The position numbers and the translations under genes were made by a program. Shown here one piece after another: positions 48,700 through 58,408 of a stretch of DNA of 64,000 nt; within the stretch, counting starts at the first letter, position 1; every line of letters begins with the position of its first letter. The notes below the pieces were generated by a model. That model was not told the DNA's origin and made no database searches. It was given only the letters and a program-made list of their open reading frames with translations. This stretch comes from an uncultured Candidatus Poseidoniales archaeon. Its GTDB lineage: Archaea; Thermoplasmatota; Poseidoniia; Poseidoniales; Thalassarchaeaceae. Where the stretch lies: assembly GCA_964585295.1 (NCBI GenBank), contig CAZPCY010000002.1:102745-166744 (forward strand), read 5' to 3'.

Positions 48700-49145
48700 C
48701 GAGTAGCATACGACGATGGGTGGAGACCGATACAGGGCACAGGGTTCCAGCCCACGAATCAAAATGCAGACACATGCACGGACATCGTTACCGCTGGGAA
48801 GCCGAATTGGCAGGGGGCATTGTTACCGAAACGGGTGCTGCGGATGAGGGGATGCTGGTGGACTTCGGTGAGGTGTCATCCATCCTCCAAGAGCGGATAC
48901 ACGATGTGGTTGATCACGCATTTATTCTCCACGCTGAAGACGAAGCAGGTATACTGGCGCTTTCCGCCATGGGAGATGACCATAGGACCGTCATACTGCC
49001 ATTCGTGCCTACAGCGGAGAATCTCGCCAGATGGGCGTTCGAACAGGTAGATCCCGTCATCGCTGATTCGTACGGTGGTAGGTTGTCTCTTGTGGCTTTC
49101 CATGTGCGAGAGACTCCGAAATCGTGGGCCACCTGGCGGCCATGA
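48696..49145 (+). CDS. queD: 6-carboxy-5,6,7,8-tetrahydropterin synthase
   Basis: GHR...KCRHMHGHRY, GMLVDF, DH, PTAEN, ETP. Confidence 0.93.
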   Translation: MTSSIRRWVETDTGHRVPAHESKCRHMHGHRYRWEAELAGGIVTETGAADEGMLVDFGEVSSILQERIHDVVDHAFILHAEDEAGILALSAMGDDHRTVILPFVPTAENLARWAFEQVDPVIADSYGGRLSLVAFHVRETPKSWATWRP

Positions 49146-49216
49146 TCTATACTCAAACATTACCGCCCTTAAGATTCGGGCGCACTTTGAAGTGGTATCT
49201 CCTCTGACGACCCCGC

Positions 49217-52200
49217 ATGACGACACCTGCCCGGGACTCAACGACCGTTACGACAGCCATGGTATTGATTGCCATGATGCTGCTTTCGACGTATGGATAT
49301 GCGACCCCTGATACGCTTTCCGAAGATTGGCGGCAAGAGAGCAAATCCGCGCCTACGGGGGCGATGACCACGACCTTCAACCAAACCCATGTCGGCTGGA
49401 ACGATACTATTCTTATCCACCATGCGCTGAGCGGGCTTTCCTCATCCCACTCCTACGAGGTTTCTTGGAAAATTTGTGAAGGAAACGCAGTCCACCACGG
49501 ATGCCATGACAGAGCATACGAACATTCAGACACTGGTCAGAATACCCTCTTTGAAGGGACGCACACGGTGCCAACAGGGGTCACCTCATTCCTCGTAATC
49601 CACACACTGCACACGAATTTGACCCGGAGCTCCTCAGGTGGTCATCAGACAAATGGAACCTACACACTAGTCGCCCAGATGATATCGAATACCTATGTCG
49701 TCGATACCGAGAAAAAGGTCTTCCAAACGGTCGGGGATGGATCGGGATTCTGGCATGTAGACGACAGCCCTGATGGACATATGCAACCTTACCTGAACCA
49801 GACGGCATACATGGTTAACGACCCGGTAACGGCCATCGTCGACAATCGCTTGGCCTGTGATCCGAGTGGAGATTGGGGGATTCACTGGGAGATTTTCGAT
49901 GATGCGACGAGCAATAGCGTGTTGACGGGTAGCGAGATCTCCACTAGGTCCTGTACGCACAGGTACGTGTACAGCCGCAGTGATTGGAATCCGAAGTCGT
50001 CTGGAATGTCTAGAGGAGTGCAACTTACCAGCACTGGTCTCGCTGGGGGTAACTACACAGTAGTGCTCGATCTCGTGCAGGAGGACAGCGGCATCAAAGT
50101 TGCAACCCATAGCGCTCAGTTCCAGGTCCTAGATGTCCAATTCACCGGTAACGAGGATTTCACAGTATTTTTCAGCAACGGCAGATACCTAGATGCTGAT
50201 TCTGACAACCTTGAATTCATTGTGAATGTGACCGGACTAGCACCAACCAATACTTCCTCAGGGACTGATATACCGTATCAGATTGACTGGAGGATATGCT
50301 CCGGCAACTACACTCGGAGAGGATGTTACCAGCAGAGTTATCCCGTAAATCAGAGCGGTGGGCAGAACGAAAAAGCCCGTGGAAGCGAACAAATTCCATT
50401 GGGTCATACAAGTGATTCCATCACCATCCAAGTATCCGCCGAACTCGGATCGCACGCCAGTGCTAGCCAATCACAGAATGGAACGCATTCGTTGATTATC
50501 TCACTCACAGCACTTTCCTACACGCTGGCAGTGGAGAAACCCACCGTGATGATCCTCGGCCAAGAGGGGAACGCCTACTGGGATACTGCGAAGGGAAGAT
50601 ACGGATGGCCTATCTTGGACAACAGCGGATATCTAGTCAACATGTCAATTTCCCTCGATGTCAGGATGACACTTTCCTGTGACCCAACATCGGAATGGAG
50701 ATTGGAATGGAATTTCGTGGACACCTCTGACCAAACTGTTGCTCACACTGACGGTGTCGAAAAGACCCTGGCCTGCTCGGCATACTATCCGTGGGACAGG
50801 CAACATTGGCACCCTAAGACTCCGAACAACAACAACATGTTGGAACTCACCTCATCTGGATTGGAAGCTGGTGACTACAGGCTTACGCTGTCAATCATTC
50901 AGAATGACAGTGGAGTGTCGGTACTGAGTCACTCTTTCGACTTCGCGGTGGTCGATGTGACTCTGACGGGGGCCGAGGTCATGGCATTGAGCGGAGACTC
51001 GAATCTGGGTCGGCATGTTCCTTGGGGGTCCGATTTCTTCCCAAGGGTGAATGTCACCGGCTTGGATTCCAACACCGATTACGATGTATTCTGGGAAGTC
51101 TGCGAGGGAGATGCGGATGCCGCGGGATGCCGCCAGCCAGCGTTCTTCCTAAAGGCCTCGATGAATTCGATTCTCGATCACGAATGGGACGTTTGGGATG
51201 TTGGTACAGATTCGGAGTCAGACGATTTCGCTCTCCGAGTCTACACGAGAATGTCAGGTGAGAATAATTTGAATGACCGGAGAAACGGGACATACTCGGT
51301 AATCGTCTCACTGAGAACAGAGACTCACACCTTGGTCAAACAGCACATCGAATTCATGGTGGTCGGCGCGCCCGATGCGGCCCGTTGGACCACATGGAGC
51401 CAACCCGGAGGGATACCATCTCTTCCGACGGGCGCCTACCTGAAGAACAGTTCAGTAGAGCTCGAGGTCCTTACCGAACTAGGATGCTCACCGGCATCGA
51501 CTTGGGGATTAAGATGGGAGATTACCAATCTCGACACCGCAAGCATTCTTCCTGTGGAATGGATAGAGCAGAGTGTTTCATGCGAGCCTTACGCTAGGAA
51601 TCACAAGCATAACCGCAGGTGGGTCAGCGGCACCTCCAATTCGATGCTTGAACTCTCACCTGGACTTGACAGTGGCAACTACTCTGTCGAATTGACATTG
51701 GTCCAGAATGACAGCATAATAGATGTGCTGTCTATCACTGATGAGTTCAGAGTAGTTGACGATTGGGAGGTGCTCGACGGATCGATGATTGGCCTGACTA
51801 CAGGGGCAACAGATGAGTTATCAGAGGTATACGCTAATTTCAGCATGGTCAACCAGTTGAACGATGAATGGTACAATGTCGATTGGATTATGGTGAACTC
51901 GACCGACTGGACCGAGATCGACAACGGTACATTCGGGTATCTTTCAATCTCGGACGAATACGTTCGTAACCAGACAATAGTAGGTGTTGTCGGCGAAGGA
52001 TACTGTATCAATGCAACGCTACGCAAGGGCCAGGATATCATCAAGGACACCGCGAGCGCCTGTTCTTCAGCCATCCAACCACCTCCTGACGAGGATGATG
52101 ATGGCGTTCCCGATTCGGCGGATACTTGCCCGGGAACTGAATTCAACTGGACGATAGATGCATCAGGATGCGCCCAGAACCAAATCGACGATGATGGCGA

Positions 52201-53500
52201 TGGTGTCTTCAATCACAATGACACCTGCATCGGTACCGATTCTGCTAACTGGACCGTCGATGCAGACGGTTGCGCAGATAACCAGTTGGACAGCGATTCC
52301 GACGGAGTCATGAATGATATCGACCAATGTTCCGACACCGACCAAGGGGCGACCGTTGATGCAGATGGATGCTCACAGTTGCAACTCTCAGACACGGACT
52401 CCGATGGGGTGAACGATCAGGATGACGAATGTCCATCCACGCCGGCGACAGATGTTCCTACTGTCAATGATATCGGTTGCGGGTCCACGGAACGAGACGG
52501 GGACGGCGATGGTTGGGTGGACGCTGAGGACGACTGCCCTAACACACCTCCCGGTGGGGTAATCGAAGACCGTGGCTGCCAATCAGACACCATCGACACC
52601 GATCAGGATGGAATTGTCGACATCAACGACCTCTGTCCGAACACGCCTGGTGGCCCAATTGCCATGATAACAGTCGATGCCGATGGTTGTGCCGAGTCCC
52701 AGAAGGACGATGACGGCGACCTAGTGATGAATGACGTGGACAACTGCACCGAGACAGACAGTGCCAATTGGACGGCTGATGCCGAGGGGTGCGCTCCAAA
52801 CCAACTGGACTCGGATACCGACGGAATCACCAACGACCTCGATATATGTCCAACTAGTTCGTTCGGAGCAATCGTGGATGTGGTGGGCTGCGAGGACAGT
52901 GATGGCGACTCAGTGAACGAGTACAATGACACATGTCCTGGCACACTGACAACGGAGGCTACCCTCGTTGATGAGTTCGGCTGCGGACCCAGCCAACGCG
53001 ACACGGATGGAGACACTGTAAACGACGCGGATGACCTCTGTCCGGAGGTTGCAGGCTTGACAAAGCGTGGTGGCTGCCCGCCGAACACACCTCCAGTATG
53101 CTCGGTCTACGCATCAGCGAAGGTGGATGGCATCGACGTCACCGGAGATGCGATTCTACCAACTCTCGACCTGACAATCATCCCGACCATCGATCTTCCG
53201 ACGGGCGAGTACTATCTCATCCTGAAATGCTGGGACGAGGATGGGTCCAATGTCACAGTCAACCTGAATGGGATAGAGGAGACCGGTGAGGAAGTCGTTC
53301 TCGGAACTTTGGTTAGTGTCGATGAGAACACTGAACCGATGGATGTCAATGCTCAATTCAGCGATGGGGAGACGACCAAGACAATCTCTCTGAGAGTGCG
53401 ATTCAGCAGCGATTCCCAAGCCACACCAGGATTCGGTGCAATCGCATCCTTCGTCGCGTTGCTGGGTGCAGCGAGCGCAATCCAAAGGAGACGCGATTGA
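49217..53500 (+). CDS. Large surface protein: three Cys-containing repeats, TSP3-like Ca-binding repeats, PGF-CTERM anchor
   Basis: Signal peptide; repeated WxxC.G....GC and L.C.P...W...W blocks; many DxDxDGxxDxxDxCP units; TPGFG + TM + RRR. Confidence 0.88.
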   Translation: MTTPARDSTTVTTAMVLIAMMLLSTYGYATPDTLSEDWRQESKSAPTGAMTTTFNQTHVGWNDTILIHHALSGLSSSHSYEVSWKICEGNAVHHGCHDRAYEHSDTGQNTLFEGTHTVPTGVTSFLVIHTLHTNLTRSSSGGHQTNGTYTLVAQMISNTYVVDTEKKVFQTVGDGSGFWHVDDSPDGHMQPYLNQTAYMVNDPVTAIVDNRLACDPSGDWGIHWEIFDDATSNSVLTGSEISTRSCTHRYVYSRSDWNPKSSGMSRGVQLTSTGLAGGNYTVVLDLVQEDSGIKVATHSAQFQVLDVQFTGNEDFTVFFSNGRYLDADSDNLEFIVNVTGLAPTNTSSGTDIPYQIDWRICSGNYTRRGCYQQSYPVNQSGGQNEKARGSEQIPLGHTSDSITIQVSAELGSHASASQSQNGTHSLIISLTALSYTLAVEKPTVMILGQEGNAYWDTAKGRYGWPILDNSGYLVNMSISLDVRMTLSCDPTSEWRLEWNFVDTSDQTVAHTDGVEKTLACSAYYPWDRQHWHPKTPNNNNMLELTSSGLEAGDYRLTLSIIQNDSGVSVLSHSFDFAVVDVTLTGAEVMALSGDSNLGRHVPWGSDFFPRVNVTGLDSNTDYDVFWEVCEGDADAAGCRQPAFFLKASMNSILDHEWDVWDVGTDSESDDFALRVYTRMSGENNLNDRRNGTYSVIVSLRTETHTLVKQHIEFMVVGAPDAARWTTWSQPGGIPSLPTGAYLKNSSVELEVLTELGCSPASTWGLRWEITNLDTASILPVEWIEQSVSCEPYARNHKHNRRWVSGTSNSMLELSPGLDSGNYSVELTLVQNDSIIDVLSITDEFRVVDDWEVLDGSMIGLTTGATDELSEVYANFSMVNQLNDEWYNVDWIMVNSTDWTEIDNGTFGYLSISDEYVRNQTIVGVVGEGYCINATLRKGQDIIKDTASACSSAIQPPPDEDDDGVPDSADTCPGTEFNWTIDASGCAQNQIDDDGDGVFNHNDTCIGTDSANWTVDADGCADNQLDSDSDGVMNDIDQCSDTDQGATVDADGCSQLQLSDTDSDGVNDQDDECPSTPATDVPTVNDIGCGSTERDGDGDGWVDAEDDCPNTPPGGVIEDRGCQSDTIDTDQDGIVDINDLCPNTPGGPIAMITVDADGCAESQKDDDGDLVMNDVDNCTETDSANWTADAEGCAPNQLDSDTDGITNDLDICPTSSFGAIVDVVGCEDSDGDSVNEYNDTCPGTLTTEATLVDEFGCGPSQRDTDGDTVNDADDLCPEVAGLTKRGGCPPNTPPVCSVYASAKVDGIDVTGDAILPTLDLTIIPTIDLPTGEYYLILKCWDEDGSNVTVNLNGIEETGEEVVLGTLVSVDENTEPMDVNAQFSDGETTKTISLRVRFSSDSQATPGFGAIASFVALLGAASAIQRRRD

Positions 53501-53511
53501 ATTACTGATCA

Positions 53512-54366
53512 TCACGTGTCAGCACGATGCTGTCTCCGCTCAGCCGACCCGGTTGATCGGAGTTCATCCCAGAGGTCACGATTAGCATCCATGAAACCCA
53601 ACGCCAGTGAGGCGTCATCCAACATGCCGATCAGCCGGTGTGCCTCGTGATCGTTGGGGATGGCTCTCAGCAGGACCCGCTGCAGCGTCTCAGCTGCACC
53701 CTTCCTCTTCTCCTCCGCCCGAGGTAAGGATATTGCCAGCCGTTCGACGCTGCCCCGCAGAACTCTCCTCAGTTCAGGGGAAAGAACTCTCTCGGGATGG
53801 ACTGTCTTCGGCAGGGATTGCTCTCTGCCGATTCGGCCATCCCGAACAAGCCCCCCGAACCATTCGTAGACCACTATCGAGACCGCATGGCTGAGGTTCA
53901 GGATTGGGTATCCCTCCCATGTAGGAATGGTTAGCAGCAGATCGCACATCTGCAATTGCTCATTGGAGAGACCACTTCCCTCCTCTCCGAAGACGACCGC
54001 CGCCCTTCCGCTGGCCCCCAGCAATCTTTCCTCAATCTCCTCGGGGAGCAGGAAGTGACGGAACTGTACCTTGTCACCCATCTCTCTCTTACCACTAGTC
54101 CCGATTACTATGCTGATGTCCGACATACAACCATCCCAGTCTTCGTGGAACGAGATGCCATCGAGGACCTTCTGGGCGTGTTTCGCACGATTCCTCGCCT
54201 CATCGCTCCATTCAATTTTCGGGCCGATGATACGAAGTCGATCCAAACCGAAATTCAGCATTGATCTCGCAATAGCACCTATGTTTCCTTCGTTGGTAGG
54301 ATGATCCAGCACGATGAGCAGTTCGACATCGCGATGCGGTATCGGTATGTCGGCTCTGCCACCCAT
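53512..54366 (-). CDS. trmJ: SPOUT tRNA methyltransferase, TrmJ family
   Basis: GNIGAIARSMLNFG, FGEE.SGLSNE, YPILNLSHAV. Start at ATG 54366. Confidence 0.88.
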   Translation of the reverse strand: MGGRADIPIPHRDVELLIVLDHPTNEGNIGAIARSMLNFGLDRLRIIGPKIEWSDEARNRAKHAQKVLDGISFHEDWDGCMSDISIVIGTSGKREMGDKVQFRHFLLPEEIEERLLGASGRAAVVFGEEGSGLSNEQLQMCDLLLTIPTWEGYPILNLSHAVSIVVYEWFGGLVRDGRIGREQSLPKTVHPERVLSPELRRVLRGSVERLAISLPRAEEKRKGAAETLQRVLLRAIPNDHEAHRLIGMLDDASLALGFMDANRDLWDELRSTGSAERRQHRADT

Positions 54367-54418
54367 GGAATCTCGACGAAGCGAATGGTGATGAGGCTGT
54401 TCCAAAACTCTGGCATCA

Positions 54419-54943
54419 TTAGTCAGCGTATCGAATCGCGGTCCCAAAGGCGAGAACCTCGATTCCAGCGACCTTGCTTTTGCCCCCCTTCTGAACCGCA
54501 AGAGTCGAAGTTTCAAGTCGCATGTTGATTACTGCATGGTAGCCCAATGATTCGGCTGATTCCCGCAACCTTTGCATCGCTTCTCTCCTGCCGAGACCAA
54601 GGGCGCGATCGAACGATTCTATCCGTCCACCGAACAGACTGATTAGCCATCCTAGCAACTGCTGCCACCAAGAAGCTCCGACGACTAGTGACTCCATGAT
54701 CAACTGACTTGCGGCGACCTCGCGATCGGGGGTAGCGGTCCGTAGGTTGCTGAGACTGTCCCCCCCTGTGCGAGCGACGAAATCCTTCTCCCTCTGCAGG
54801 CATTCATCAATTCTCTTGTTCTGGTATCGTCCACTAAACGCGGCACTGAACAGGATTGGACCAAATGATAGCGACAAGGAGAAGATTATCCCGAAGGCGG
54901 TCAACGCCATAATGAGTGTCTCCTCGGAAGCCATGTGGATCAC
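54419..54943 (-). CDS. YbjQ/UPF0145-like protein with N-terminal TM helix
   Basis: FGG.I..F, RREAM.RL, A...G..AVINMRLE, EVLAFGTA. Confidence 0.8.
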   Translation of the reverse strand: MIHMASEETLIMALTAFGIIFSLSLSFGPILFSAAFSGRYQNKRIDECLQREKDFVARTGGDSLSNLRTATPDREVAASQLIMESLVVGASWWQQLLGWLISLFGGRIESFDRALGLGRREAMQRLRESAESLGYHAVINMRLETSTLAVQKGGKSKVAGIEVLAFGTAIRYAD

Positions 54944-55330
54944 TCACTGTACGATAACAGCGGTTCCGTATGCGAACAGTTCACTCGCACCGCCAGCGAC
55001 CGATGAGGTCGCGAAGCGGACGTTCACTATCGCGTTAGCCCCGCGAGCCGAGGCGTCGGCCATCATCCTCTGAACGGCTTGAGTTCGAGACTCACCGAGC
55101 AATTGGGTGTATGCGACTAATTCGCCTCCGACGATGCTCTTCAGCCCGGCTCCTATGTCCTTGAACACGTTCTTCGCACGAACGGTTGAGCCCGATACTA
55201 CTCCGAGAGTCCTTTGGATGCTCATGCCTGGTATGGTCTCCGTGTTCACAACAATCAATTGGTTCGCTACCTGTTGCATCTGAACTGCTTCAGTGGTTGG
55301 CTCTCCAGCCTGAGTTGGTGCTGATTCCAT
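54944..55330 (-). CDS. YbjQ/UPF0145 family protein
   Basis: LGVVSG, DIGAGLKSIVGGEL..Y, GANAIVNVRF, AYGTAV. Confidence 0.92.
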   Translation of the reverse strand: MESAPTQAGEPTTEAVQMQQVANQLIVVNTETIPGMSIQRTLGVVSGSTVRAKNVFKDIGAGLKSIVGGELVAYTQLLGESRTQAVQRMMADASARGANAIVNVRFATSSVAGGASELFAYGTAVIVQ

Positions 55331-55368
55331 GTACGACCGTGATTCCTTACGGCAATTGAATGTGCTGC

Positions 55369-56100
55369 TCAGGTGCTGCTCTGATGGAATCCGGAAGGGT
55401 CAACCTGATCGCCACTCTTGGTCATCATGGCGACGACAGCTATCAGTGCGAGCAATGTGATGTTGCAGAACCCAATTTGTATCGGTGCAGCGAACTGATG
55501 GATTGTGAAGATGAGTTCGGCATTTCCCCCGACGACGCTCGAAAAGTGCTCCCTATGCATCTCATTGTAGAGATCTAGCATGAGGACTTGGGCGATGCAT
55601 CCCCCTAGAATCCATACGCAGCATGCGAAGAGACCCCTCCTGTCCTGAGCGAACAGAAGCACGGATGCGACGGCGGTAATTGGGATCCCAATCAATGCGG
55701 ATGTCAACTGGATTGAGGCCAAACGGTCCATCCTCTCATCCTCCATCAGGGCACGGGTCGCCTCGAGCCACTGGATAGCCTCGACCGTCGCGTTCCACTC
55801 CTCTTGCTCGACCACACTGCCGTTCTCTGGATATGGGCCGGGATCATCGATCTCGATGTCCATCATTTCGCTGGAGAAGCGGAGGGTGACTTCCATCGCA
55901 GCGGCATTCATTAGATTTAGGAGAGTAAACAGTATCAGGACGATTGCTGCCCCACGCATCCACCAGATTGAAGGAGCAACTGGGGCAAGGGTCGCCGACT
56001 GGTTCGTCACGATGCCGTTCGCAATCGAAGAATTGGCATCAATCATCTGTGGATGCACGACTATGATGTTTCGGAAAGAGTTGTCCGCACTTCGCATCAA
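55369..56100 (-). CDS. Multi-pass membrane protein
   Basis: About 4 TM helices; abuts the rps17e stop. Start may be ATG 56046. Confidence 0.65.
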   Translation of the reverse strand: MMRSADNSFRNIIVVHPQMIDANSSIANGIVTNQSATLAPVAPSIWWMRGAAIVLILFTLLNLMNAAAMEVTLRFSSEMMDIEIDDPGPYPENGSVVEQEEWNATVEAIQWLEATRALMEDERMDRLASIQLTSALIGIPITAVASVLLFAQDRRGLFACCVWILGGCIAQVLMLDLYNEMHREHFSSVVGGNAELIFTIHQFAAPIQIGFCNITLLALIAVVAMMTKSGDQVDPSGFHQSST

Positions 56101-56288
56101 TCAATACGCCGCTGGACGTATCTTGTCACATAACCAGCAATCCAGTTACGCATCCTCTTGTTACGGACATCGGTGAATCTCGCGACAAGTATCTTGTTGT
56201 GGTCGAAGTCGGAGTTGAACTGGTCGGGGTACTGCTCTACGAGTCTGAGGGCTCGCAACTTGATGAAGGAAGGTCGAATGTTCCCCAT
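56097..56288 (-). CDS. rps17e: 30S ribosomal protein S17e
   Basis: MGNIRPSFIK...F..DFDHNK...RNWIAGYVTR. Confidence 0.96.
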   Translation of the reverse strand: MGNIRPSFIKLRALRLVEQYPDQFNSDFDHNKILVARFTDVRNKRMRNWIAGYVTRYVQRRID

Positions 56289-56290
56289 GT

Positions 56291-56605
56291 TCATTCCTCT
56301 GCCAACTTGACTTCAATCGGGAATCCATCTTCCTTGGTGACGATGACTCGAATCCTTCGAGGCGGTTTCTGCATACCTCTAGCCCAGACGGCTACATTGA
56401 CCGAATCATCCAGCCATACCTTGTCCTCTTCGAGAGCGGCGCTCTCTCCAGGACTCCTCTGGAACATCTTTTGGATATCGCGGCGCATGTGCCTCTGGAC
56501 ATGGCGGCGAATCAATTCCATACACTTCTGTGCCCTCTGGGTACGTGGACCGTTCCACGCTTCCCGCAATGGAATCGTCATTTCACGGGTGATAACTTCG
56601 GCCAT
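56291..56605 (-). CDS. rpl31e: 50S ribosomal protein L31e
   Basis: TIPLR, R..RA, N..VWARG..KPPR.IRV. Confidence 0.93.
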   Translation of the reverse strand: MAEVITREMTIPLREAWNGPRTQRAQKCMELIRRHVQRHMRRDIQKMFQRSPGESAALEEDKVWLDDSVNVAVWARGMQKPPRRIRVIVTKEDGFPIEVKLAEE

Positions 56606-56609
56606 GGTC

Positions 56610-56765
56610 TCACTTCTTGAGCTTTGAACGGCGCCAGTGATGGCGCTTGGGATGTGTGGTGACCTTTCGGTCGGTCCGCATCATCACCCAAACCGGGACA
56701 CGACGATTCTGCTTCGTCGCCTTCATCAGCCTCTTCTTCTTGGCAAATGGTTTGTTGCGAGACAT
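56610..56765 (-). CDS. rpl39e: 50S ribosomal protein L39e
   Basis: [13 protein letters not shown]...QNRRVPVWV...RHHWRRSKL. Confidence 0.96.
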   Translation of the reverse strand: MSRNKPFAKKKRLMKATKQNRRVPVWVMMRTDRKVTTHPKRHHWRRSKLKK

Positions 56766-56775
56766 TTGGGGCACC

Positions 56776-57255
56776 TCAGTACTTCGAGAGGGCAGGCACT
56801 TCGGCCTCGACCTCGGATCGGATGTCGTGGGCAATCTCGTCGAGTAGTGATTGCGCTGCTGGAGTTATCACTCGACCGACGTTGAGCGCCGGTTGCGGAT
56901 CCCTTCTGATGATCCTCGATTCGACCAAGCCGCTCGCTTCAAGTTGTTGGAGTGCGTTGCGAGCTATGGATCTAGAACCGGCGACGGCTCGATTCGGCTT
57001 CACCCCACGGTCCTTCGGCCCTCCGAATCGCTGAGCCAGATGATTAGTTCCAATCGGACCGTGGATGGCGACCTTCCGAAGTACGGCCGCACAGCGCGTT
57101 GTCCACCAATCATCCTGCTCCGGAGGCCTCTCTCGATGGGTACCGGTCTTGACTAGATCAGCCCATTCGGGTGCCGATATAGACTCCATCTCGGCTAACC
57201 TCAAACTCAGAGCCGGCAGGAGGCGACCTGCGGGGATGTCTCTGAAGGTCGTCAT
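56776..57255 (-). CDS. rps19e: 30S ribosomal protein S19e
   Basis: PEWA..VKTG.H.E.PP...DWW..R.A..LRK, R.ALQQLE; preceded by AGGTGA. Confidence 0.96.
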   Translation of the reverse strand: MTTFRDIPAGRLLPALSLRLAEMESISAPEWADLVKTGTHRERPPEQDDWWTTRCAAVLRKVAIHGPIGTNHLAQRFGGPKDRGVKPNRAVAGSRSIARNALQQLEASGLVESRIIRRDPQPALNVGRVITPAAQSLLDEIAHDIRSEVEAEVPALSKY

Positions 57256-57305
57256 CGAGTCACCTGAAGCAGCCAGCCGACCTGCCCCCCGTATTTCAAG
57301 GTCGC

Positions 57306-57529
57306 GTCATGTGCCCGCGAGGTAATCGGGACGCTGCATCCCCGTTTCTCACCTATCGAGAGGGCGCTCCCAATAGAAATGGGGATTCGCACTACCCTGG
57401 GGACACTGCGACATCGTCGAGAATCATGGGCTCATGCACTGATGGTCAAGGTGATGAGATTCGATTCTGAAAGATCTGCCGTGCAACCACTCCGGCAATC
57501 GGACTTCTCGTAAGGCGCATGTTCATGAC
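57306..57529. ncRNA. Candidate structured non-coding RNA (family unassigned)
   Basis: Terminal helix enclosing four internal hairpins in an ORF-free gap; see findings. Confidence 0.45.
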
Positions 57530-57550
57530 TCGGGGGACAGTCGATGTGGC

Positions 57551-58363
57551 GTGCGCAGAGCGTTGGCTCGCAACCCGAACATGGTTCGAACCATGTTGTT
57601 GCTATCTGTAAGCCTCATCTTGATTCTCGCATTTGCCGTGCATTCAGCTACCATGGACTCCGAGTACTGGATGGTCAGGACTGACAACGCCCACAACGAG
57701 GCGGAGGCGGAGCCTGTGGCCGGGATTGATGGGGTCTGGAAGGTGAGAACCTCCGGCGCCTTAACTTGGCTGAATATTTCGGTTAGCGACGCTCCATCGG
57801 GATCAATCATCACAATCGATTCTGGAGGCCTATCTTGGTGGCACCATCCTTCATTGGGGGATCCAGAAGCAATCGGGTTCAATTGCATTGAAACTTCCTC
57901 CGCGGTGATTGAAGTCATTGAGCGATGCAAGAAAGCGTCGAGCCATTCCATCGTTCTCGAAGATGGTGATGGCGTGCTGCGGGGGCTCGTGGAGATCGAC
58001 CTTCCAGAGGAAGGTGTTCTGACCACGAGGCAGAAGACCGAGCAAGATGCGTTGGTATTCGCGGAGGCGATCGTTGAGCGCGCTGACCGCAATACAACGT
58101 GGACAATCACCCTCACAGACCAAGAGGGAGATTCCATCGATGGAGTCGGAATCGGAGTCGAGGCGCAGTGGACCTCGCATAGGGTCGTCAGTGCGTCCGT
58201 GTTCGCCGTCGACCCTGTGACTGAGCTCGCTTGGAGCGTTGCTGCACTCGTAGGTTGCTTCGGACTGGTCCTTCTCCTTCCTTTGACAGTATATTTAGCG
58301 GCCAGAGCCAAAGAGCGGCGCGACGAAGCACTACGCTATGTAACGGCAGAAGAAGACGAATGA
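57551..58363 (+). CDS. Membrane protein with an extracellular domain between two TM helices
   Basis: N- and C-terminal hydrophobic helices. Start may be ATG 57581. Confidence 0.7.
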   Translation: MRRALARNPNMVRTMLLLSVSLILILAFAVHSATMDSEYWMVRTDNAHNEAEAEPVAGIDGVWKVRTSGALTWLNISVSDAPSGSIITIDSGGLSWWHHPSLGDPEAIGFNCIETSSAVIEVIERCKKASSHSIVLEDGDGVLRGLVEIDLPEEGVLTTRQKTEQDALVFAEAIVERADRNTTWTITLTDQEGDSIDGVGIGVEAQWTSHRVVSASVFAVDPVTELAWSVAALVGCFGLVLLLPLTVYLAARAKERRDEALRYVTAEEDE

Positions 58364-58408
58364 CCCGCCTCCGCCGTCTTGATAAAGCACCGAGAGCGGT
58401 GCTGAACG

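Noticed and set aside
46737..49145. 7-deazaguanine DNA-modification (dpd) island or phage cassette
   Set aside because: No dpdA/tgt-like, helicase, integrase or phage genes nearby and composition matches the flanks; tRNA archaeosine supply is the simpler explanation.
57306..57529. Assignment as SRP RNA, RNase P RNA or an Rpp21 gene
   Set aside because: I found no SRP helix-8 motif or RNase P P4 pair (GAGGAA.../ACAGAA), and minus-strand frames are closed by stops; left unassigned.
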